A DNA stretch of 64,000 nucleotides from contig OX597814.1 of the NCBI GenBank assembly GCA_951406725.2, positions 120,094,001 to 120,158,000 on the forward strand. Direction: 5' to 3'. The notes under the pieces were generated by a model. That model did no database searches and was not told the DNA's origin. It was given only the letters and a program-made list of their open reading frames with translations. Shown here piece after piece: positions 55,491 to 64,000 of the stretch; the stretch's first letter is position 1; each line of letters opens with the position of its first letter. Position numbers and translations under genes: made by a program. Source of the DNA: Octopus vulgaris (taxonomy: Eukaryota).

Positions 55491-57284
55491 TTATACAGCA
55501 ACTAAAGCATGAGTCACTATAAATCCTCACAGCTAATATCTGTCTGATTGCATTACTTTCGAAAGGAAAAGTTGCTTTCCTTCATATTTCCTTTGCATTG
55601 TACGTTTGTTGCTATACATCCACAAAACGTATCTATGTCGCCAAATGATTGTCTGCGATGTACGTACAATACCAAACCTAACAAGTCTGGCTGGTTTACT
55701 GTATTAAGAGATATTTGTATCACGATGTGGATACTTTTCATTGACTCTCTAAATTCCTGTACATGCCTGGCGGCATTGATGATGGGCGTCATATGTTATT
55801 CATTTACGTTTTTGAACATCTACGATGTAATATCATCTTTTGCCAACATGTGTTATTTACATGTCCATTTTGGGAAGTGTGCGGTAAGAGGAATATTTTT
55901 TCCTTTAAATTTCCATTCAGTTCAGTTTGCTTCATAATATATTTTATAATTGTTTTTCTTAGTAGTGTATGTCACTCAGAAATATTTTGGGATTGTTGAT
56001 TCCTAATGTGACATATACAACAAGAAAAAAAAAATATTCGGATGTGGACCTAATTCTGTATCTCCTAAATTTGTGGCACTATTTGTCGAAACTTTAATGA
56101 CACTATATTTATTACTGTCCCTATTCACAGACTTTGTCTTCATTTACAACTTAGTTGGCTTTTAGAAGCCATATTTGCAAAAGAAAAAACTTTCCGACGA
56201 TTAAATAATCGGTATAGATCGTTGATATTCTTATCTCCTAAGGGCATATTTTGCGTTAGCTGGCATCAGATTGCTTTGCAATAGCTCATGGCTAGAGAAG
56301 GAAGTTCTGTAATATAGTAGTTTCGATTTATCATGTTATTGCCTTCCAAAATACAGGCGGCGAGATAGAAAGAACACGATGCATGACAAGAAATAAGTTT
56401 GGGAATATATATTCTGCATACATAAGGAGAATCAAAAACAGATAAACAGAGAGTAGAAAACATAATACCCTGAGGTAATACATAATGCATAGTAAGAGAA
56501 TGACATTATTATAGATTGAGAAAGTATTATTATATGCTTCGCAGTAGCGTATTTACTCATAACAAATATGTAAAGTTTTAGCTTTATGAGGAAATATTCC
56601 TGACATCGTCATAATGTAATGGTGAATATATTCTGTTATTTAATATTTACGTTTAACATTTATCTGTAAAGAGACATAAAATACCACTGACTATCGAATG
56701 TAAGAGGAGTGGGCAAAATTTATATTATAGTGAGACCTCATCTGCGTTGAGCTAATAGAGTTGGTTAAGTACAAAGAAGCTTACTGTGGGGAGATATAGT
56801 CTAGGGTCAGCTATTGTGCAGTTATCACGACAAGAAATGCACCTTGCTTTTGCATATCCGTTGGGTTCATCCATCGATATTTCTTTGAAATTCTAATGTC
56901 TTTCTTTGAAGAGGTCAAATCACACTGAATCATATCCGTAACTGCAACTAATGCAATTAGATAAATGTTATTCCTCAAGCTAATCTTTTCATCTCTTCAC
57001 TGCATGCGTAATTCTAATTGTAATTAATTAAAGCTGCGATCCTTTGTCTTGAACATATCTAATTAACAATGGTAACTGTGCTCTTCTTCTCCTCATATCA
57101 TTGTTTAGATAATTTCAGTTAAATAAATTTTTTGTTTGCTAACCAGCATACCTGGGTATATATTTTTTTGTTTTATATTGCAATCATTTAAAGAAAATAC
57201 GTGATACGCAGGATGATTTAAAAGCTACACAAAAACGAGACAAAGCAAAGTAATACACTTGCATCACCATTTATATACACATAC

Positions 57285-57357
<73 letters not shown>

Positions 57358-57372
57358 CATACATTCATATAT

Positions 57373-57404
<32 letters not shown>

Positions 57405-57884
57405 GTGTGTGTGTGTGTGTTTATGTATATGTATGTATGTATATATCTTAGTTTTTGGTTATTTTGGGCACCGCTAATCCATATAATAACACTACAGGTT
57501 AATAGATAATGTTTGTGGAGAATAGCCGTTTAGGATGGTACTTTCCAAATTGTATGCGAATTGAACTTCAATCTTTAATGGGTTCATTAGCTTTGTTGCT
57601 TGGGAGAGTTTTAGAATTGGTGATGTCGTCGACAGATGTAGCACGTGTACCTTCACGTTTACGCACACACATCCAGAAGCATATATATATATATATATAT
57701 ATACATGCCAGAACTCCAAAACAGAGTTTTCACATGTCTCATTGAGTTAGGTACAATCGAAGAAATCTTTCGAACAGCGCCCAGCAGTAATATTTCAAAA
57801 ATAATTCATATGAAATCTATTTACTTCACACGTTGACTTTCCTTCCCTTCTCTCTAACCACTCATCACACCTTATGCCGATCTA

Positions 57885-57942
57885 TCTCACTGTCTGTCTC
57901 GCTCTGTCTCTCTCTGTCTCTCTCTGTCTCTCTCTCTCTCTG

Positions 57943-57974
<32 letters not shown>

Positions 57975-57978
57975 TCTG
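57885..57978. repeat. (TC)n/(TCTG)n microsatellite
   Basis: Read directly. Confidence 0.9.
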
Positions 57979-58449
57979 CTTTCGTTTTGGTTCTTGCACT
58001 CAATCTCTTCCCGCTCACAGTTTCATATACTTAAATATTTATGGAACTCATCTGCATAATATATCTTTTCTCACACTTCCCTCAATTTACACAATAACAT
58101 TTAACCCATACGAAAGGAAATAAAGCGAGTAATCATCACAACAAAATTTATTTTTTCAAATTCATGATGTCTTCGGATTTAGTTCTCAGGTTTTCTTAAA
58201 CAAAGCTATTTATATACCAACTTCTTTCTCTCTGAGAATTTGCAATATTTAATATCTTTAATGCCAACGTGTTCTCTCTATGCATCTCTGACCAATCACA
58301 TTTAGTGAATGTAAGTTGTTAGCTGAAGTTAGTCAAGTCTGATCTTTCATAAATTTTGCTCATGCACGTCATGGTCCACACGAAATAAATCAATTTCAAA
58401 TGATAGCAATATACATACATATATATCTGTCTCTATATATATATATACA

Positions 58450-58820
58450 TCCTCCAACCCACCTCTCCTCTCTTACGCTGACTCCTACTCCTTCTCTTCA
58501 CTCCTACCCACATACCCCACCTTTAATCCACCCTCCTCCTACTCAGACCCCACCTCTACCCCACCCTCAGCCTAACCCACACCCCACCCTTGATTTCCTC
58601 ACTCCCGCCTCTCCCACTCCCAACACCATCACACCACACACCAGTACGCCTTCCACCACCATACCACACAATACAGCACAGCACACGTCCACGAACACAT
58701 GAGCACTGACCACTTCCCAGACCCACATTTTCACACCGACACATACAGACACGCACACGTCAAGATCACCATCCCTCTCCCACACTCACATACAAACTCT
58801 CTTATACACACACACGCGCA
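58450..58820. repeat. C/A-rich low-complexity tract
   Basis: Strong C+A strand skew; produces the Pro/Thr/His ORF. Confidence 0.7.
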
Positions 58821-58908
58821 CCATCGTTTTAGGATTACCACCACTTTGTTATCTCCCAACCTCATTAGATCTTCTGTGTGATCCTTCTCTCAGGCCTTCG
58901 CCGTGATA

Positions 58909-59085
58909 GATCGCTAGCCTCTACACATTCTATATTTTCTCTCTTTGTTTGTTTCTGTGTTCTTTTCTGTGGATAAGCGTAGGCTCGAAACGTTAAAGAC
59001 TTTTTCACTTCCCGAGCGTTATTCTAATACATCTGTTTGTTGTCTACACCTGCCTTCGTCTTTTGTTTTTTGTGAAATCTTCCCA
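58909..59085 (+). mobile_element. Penelope pseudo-LTR-like repeat (family P1)
   Basis: gatcgctagcctcta...agcgtaggctcgaaacgttaaagac...ctaatacatctgtttgtt; third copy in the window. Confidence 0.65.
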
Positions 59086-59445
59086 TATATATTAATTCAA
59101 TGTAAGTTAGAATTGTGAATCCAACCAACTAAGGGATAATATCTATCCAATATACTGCTGGTAGAATACCAAATTATTAAAACACACGCGTCTTTTATTG
59201 CATTGTAATTGCATTACCCAGTGTACTAAATGGGTGAAGGTAAAGATATATTTTACCATTAATTTATAGGGCAATAAGAGAATGGAGGGGATCAATAGGT
59301 GGTATTCATCAAAATTAGACATTATATTACGTCAACAATTACAAGAATATACATACATGTATAACATATTATGTTTTACATATAAAAATATATTAATAAT
59401 ATATAAATTATTAAATATAACGTATTCTCTCTCTTTTTTCTCTCG

Positions 59446-59659
59446 TTTACTTGTTTCAGTCATTTGACTGCGGCCATGCTGGAGCACCGCCTTTAATCGA
59501 GCAACTCGACCCCGGGACTTATTCTTTTGTAAGCCCAGTACTTATTCTATCGGTCTCTTTTGCCGAACCGCTAAGTTACGGAGACATAAACACACCAGCA
59601 TCGGTTGTCAAGCAATGCTAGGGGACAAACACAGACACACAAACACAAACACACACACA

Positions 59660-59715
<56 letters not shown>

Positions 59716-59880
59716 TACGACGGGTTTCTTTCAGTTTCCGTCTACCAAATCCACTCACAAGGTATTGGTCGGTCTGAGGCTATAGCAGAAGACACTCGCC
59801 CAAGGTGCCACGCAGTGGGACTGAACCTGGAACCATGTGGTTGGTTAGCAAGCTACTTACCACACAACCACTCCTGCGCC
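59446..59880 (-). mobile_element. SINE family A, full length
   Basis: Complete head (ggcgcaggagtggttgtgtggtaag), B box, internal TA/CA tract and tail. Confidence 0.92.
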
Positions 59881-59912
59881 TATATATAAAGTGCGTATAT
59901 ATAAATTGGGAA

Positions 59913-60042
59913 AATAACTTACGGCTGTTTTAGCCAAGAGGCAAACATACCTCATTCTACATTTATTCCTCCAGTAGACTGAAATAATAAGTAGATGAAA
60001 TTGAGGTACTTGGTCGTTACTCTACGCTTCGTCAGATATATT
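59913..60042 (-). ncRNA. Degenerate type I hammerhead with about 100-nt helix II
   Basis: Minus strand CTGACGA (60035-29) agc..agag..tacctca..tctac / gtaga..tgaggta..ctct..gct, then AAAAC-AGCC-GTA (G12 mutated). Confidence 0.45.
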
Positions 60043-60399
60043 TTATAAAGTATATAAGGTTAATTTATAGATAAATATAAATGGAAAATAACTAAAAAAT
60101 ACTCATACATATACATATACAATAGCATAGATATATAAATATACATATTCATATGATTCAGCTGAAAGTCATTTTCCAAATTTATATTCCTGTATGTTAT
60201 ATTTTAATAATTACTGGCATCTTTATATATTAATATATCTTTATATGTAAAGCATAATATGTTATACATGTACGTATATTCTTGTAATTGTCATTTTACT
60301 AAATCAATAAATAAATTGACATAATATAATGTCTAAAAGTTGATGAACCACCTCTTGATTCCCTCCATTTTCTTATTGCTCTTTCTCTCTCTCTCTCTT

Positions 60400-60757
<358 letters not shown>

Positions 60758-60811
60758 ATATATATATATATATATATATATACGAGAAAGAAGCAACAAG
60801 AATGGATTGGT

Positions 60812-60902
60812 TTTTAGTACAATTGTTTCATACAAAGACAGGCTTTATTACAAGTTGCAAAAATTGCAGCAGATAAAAGTGTCCCGTACTCATCAGCTAA
60901 AA
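60812..60902 (-). ncRNA. Type I hammerhead ribozyme (inverted copy)
   Basis: Identical to the 61115-61205 motif, on the opposite strand. Confidence 0.78.
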
Positions 60903-61114
60903 TACATTTGAGTTCTCTAGACATCTACACTATGGATTGATTCATCTTCTCTTCGAAACTAATAAGTTTTTTAAAAATCTGTGATAAGACTGTGCATCAT
61001 CATTAAGGAACTTTGAAAAACTGTTTACAACCTATATCTGCCTCTAATGGAACTATCTCCAATATTTCATGAGTATAACCTCACCCACTAAGATGTCTAG
61101 AGAACTCAAATGTA

Positions 61115-61205
61115 TTTTAGCTGATGAGTACGGGACACTTTTATCTGCTGCAATTTTTGCAACTTGTAATAAAGCCTGTCTTTGTATGAAACAATTGTAC
61201 TAAAA
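61115..61205 (+). ncRNA. Type I hammerhead ribozyme with 60-nt helix II
   Basis: Helix I ttttag/ctaaaa; CTGATGA 61121-27; helix II gtacgggaca/tgtctttgtat with inner tgcaa-ttt-ttgca; GAAA 61188-91; helix III ac-AATT-gt (palindromic); GUA triplet with the cut after 61199. Confidence 0.8.
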
Positions 61206-61346
61206 ACCAATCCATTCTTGTTGCTTCTTTCTCGTTTATAATCACCCCACATTACTGTATGGATAACACCATATAGTTTTTCTGGTGCATCTAAGTTAAG
61301 TACCACATTCAAGTAAATTCATTGGAAGTTACTTGAATCTTAATTG

Positions 61347-61382
<36 letters not shown>

Positions 61383-61383
61383 A

Positions 61384-64000
61384 ACTCCGGGCATGACAGA
61401 CCCTGTAACTCACATATGCAAAACAGAAGGAATAGATAACGAATACGAAGTCTGGCGGTTATCTGTGAACATCATGTTTCTGGATTATAAACATATTGAA
61501 TATATATTCCATATATTTTTGATATATATTTAATATATATTGCATATATATTTCACATCCTTCTTCAGCACAGATTTCCATTGAAAAAGATTTATCATAG
61601 ATTTATCAAATGCTACGTACCTCAAACCTTCTGACCATGCGATATCAAAATATTTGAAGAAAGTGAGCAAAGGCTAAACCTACATAGACGTTTGAATTCA
61701 TAAATCTTCTCTCCAAAATTTTGCCATGCGCATTACAGTTAGGTTGTCAAAGGGAGTGAAAAATCCAAATAGTAATATAATGATAAGAGTAAATAATTTC
61801 TATAAAGGCCTTTAAAAAAACCCCAATTATTTACTGGTAGAATTCGGTATGTAAATATAGCCGATTACCGGCAGGAACTTCTGTAAAGTTCAGTATATAT
61901 ATTGTATATAAGAAAAAGGGACAGGCAAAACAGGTTGCTTGACCGCATACCGAAAAAATAGAAATAGCAGTCAAGAATGCTTATTTCTATCAAAGTTGGA
62001 CTCCGGGCATGACAGACCCTGTAACTCACATATGCAAAACAGAAGGAATAGATAACGAATACGAAGTCTGGCGGTTATCTGTGAACATCATGTTTCTGGA
62101 TTATAAACATATTGAATATATATTCCATATATTTTTGATATATATTTAATATATATTGCATATATATTTCACATCCTTCTTCAGCACAGATTTCCATTGA
62201 AAAAGATTTATCATAGATTTATCAAATGCTACGTACCTCAAACCTTCTGACCATGCGATATCAAAATATTTGAAGAAAGTGAGCAAAGGCTAAACCTACA
62301 TAGACGTTTGAATTCATAAATCTTCCCTCCAAAATTTTGCCATGCGCATTACAGTTAGGTTGTCAAAGGGAGTGAAAAATCCAAATAGTAATATAATGAT
62401 AAGAGTAAATAATTTCTATAAAGGCCTTTAAAAAAACCCCAATTATTTACTGGTAGAATTCGGTATGTAAATATAGCCGATTACCGGCAGGAACTTCTGT
62501 AAAGTTCAGTATATATATTGTATATAAGAAAAAGGGACAGGCAAAACAGGTTGCTTGACCGCATACCGAAAAAATAGAAATAGCAGTCAAGAATGCTTAT
62601 TTCTATCAAAGTTGGACTCCGGGCATGACAGACCCTGTAACTCACATATGCAAAACAGAAGGAATAGATAACGAATACGAAGTCTGGCGGTTATCTGTGA
62701 ACATCATGTTTCTGGATTATAAACATATTGAATATATATTCCATATATTTTTGATATATATTTAATATATATTGCATATATATTTCACATCCTTCTTTAG
62801 CACAGCTTTCCATTGAAAAAGATTTATCATAGATTTATCAAATGCTACGTACCTCAAACCTTCTGACCATGCGACATCAAAATATTTGAAGAAAGTGAGC
62901 AAAGGCTAAACCTACATAGACGTTTGAATTCATAAATCTTCCCTCCAAAATTTTGCCATGCGCATTACAGTTAGGTTGTCAAAGGGAGTGAAAAATCCAA
63001 ATAATAATATAATGATAAGAGTAAATAATTTCTATAAAGGCCTTTAAAAAAAACCCCAATTATTTACTGGTAGAATTCGGTATGTAAATATTGCCGATTA
63101 CCGGCAGGAACTTCTGTAAAGTTCAGTATATATATTGTATATAAGAAAAAGGGACAGGCAAAACAGGTTGCTTGACCGCATACCGAAAAAATAGAAATAG
63201 CAGTCAAGAATGCTTATTTCTATCAAAGTTGGACTCCGGGCATGACAGACCCTGTAACTCACATATGCAAAACAGAAGGAATAGATAACGAATACGAAGT
63301 CTGGCGGTTATCTGTGAACATCATGTTTCTGGATTATAAACATATTGAATATATATTCCATATATTTTTGATATATATTTAATATATATTGCATATATAT
63401 TTCACATCCTTCTTCAGCACAGCTTTCCATTGAAAAAGATTTATCATAGATTTATCAAATGCTACGTACCTCAAACCTTCTGACCATGCGACATCAAAAT
63501 ATTTGAAGAAAGTGAGCAAAGGCTAAACCTACATAGACGTTTGAATTCATAAATCTTCCCTCCAAAATTTTGCCATGCGCATTACAGTTAGGTTGTCAAA
63601 GGGAGTGAAAAATCCAAATAGTAATATAATGATAAGAGTAAATAATTTCTATAAAGGCCTTTAAAAAAACCCCAATTATTTACTGGTAGAATTCGGTATG
63701 TAAATATTGCCGATTACCGGCAGGAACTTCTGTAAAGTTCAGTATATATATTGTATATAAGAAAAAGGGACAGGCAAAACAGGTTGCTTGACCGCATACC
63801 GAAAAAATAGAAATAGCAGTCAAGAATGCTTATTGCTATCAAAGTTGGACTCCGGGCATGACAGACCCTGTAACTCACATATGCAAAACAGAAGGAATAG
63901 ATAACGAATACGAAGTCTGGCGGTTATCTGTGAACATCATGTTTCTGGATTATAAACATATTGAATATATATTCCATATATTTTTGATATATATTTAATA
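61384..64000. repeat. 616-bp tandem repeat array, 4 full copies plus a partial, running off the window
   Basis: The unit start actccgggcatgacagacc occurs at 61384, 62000, 62616, 63233 and 63849; copies differ by only a few substitutions. Confidence 0.97.

Larger units (their letters stand above)
60782..61235. repeat. Perfect 145-bp inverted repeat with 164-bp spacer
   Basis: 60782-60926 is the exact reverse complement of 61091-61235. Confidence 0.95.

Noticed and set aside
55548-55999. Overlapping non-repetitive ORFs of 78-129 aa
   Set aside because: No recognisable motif or splice context

Overview
AT-rich, microsatellite-dense eukaryotic DNA that is mostly non-coding. The SINE and LINE repertoire resembles a coleoid cephalopod, probably Octopus (inference from remembered repeat consensus, not a database hit). 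Nearly all ORF-track entries are translations of (TA)n, (CA)n, (TAA)n or (GAA)n repeats. The recognisable content is: many tRNA-derived SINEs (a CORE-like family, a Nin-domain-like family and two others); decayed LINEs (R4/Dong-type restriction-endonuclease elements clustered in (TAA)n arrays, and CR1/L2-type 3' ends); two Tc1/mariner transposase pseudogenes; a non-autonomous Helitron; a hAT-like MITE; and a Penelope-type GIY-YIG remnant. The most striking signal is a set of type I hammerhead ribozyme motifs in short modules flanked by (TA)n. Several have unusually long helix II insertions. One occurs as a perfect 145-bp inverted pair next to a young 616-bp tandem array whose monomers each carry a minimal hammerhead-like core (a candidate retrozyme or Penelope-derived system). 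A weakly supported four-exon minus-strand gene ending in the peroxisomal signal SKL may span about 39 kb of the window.
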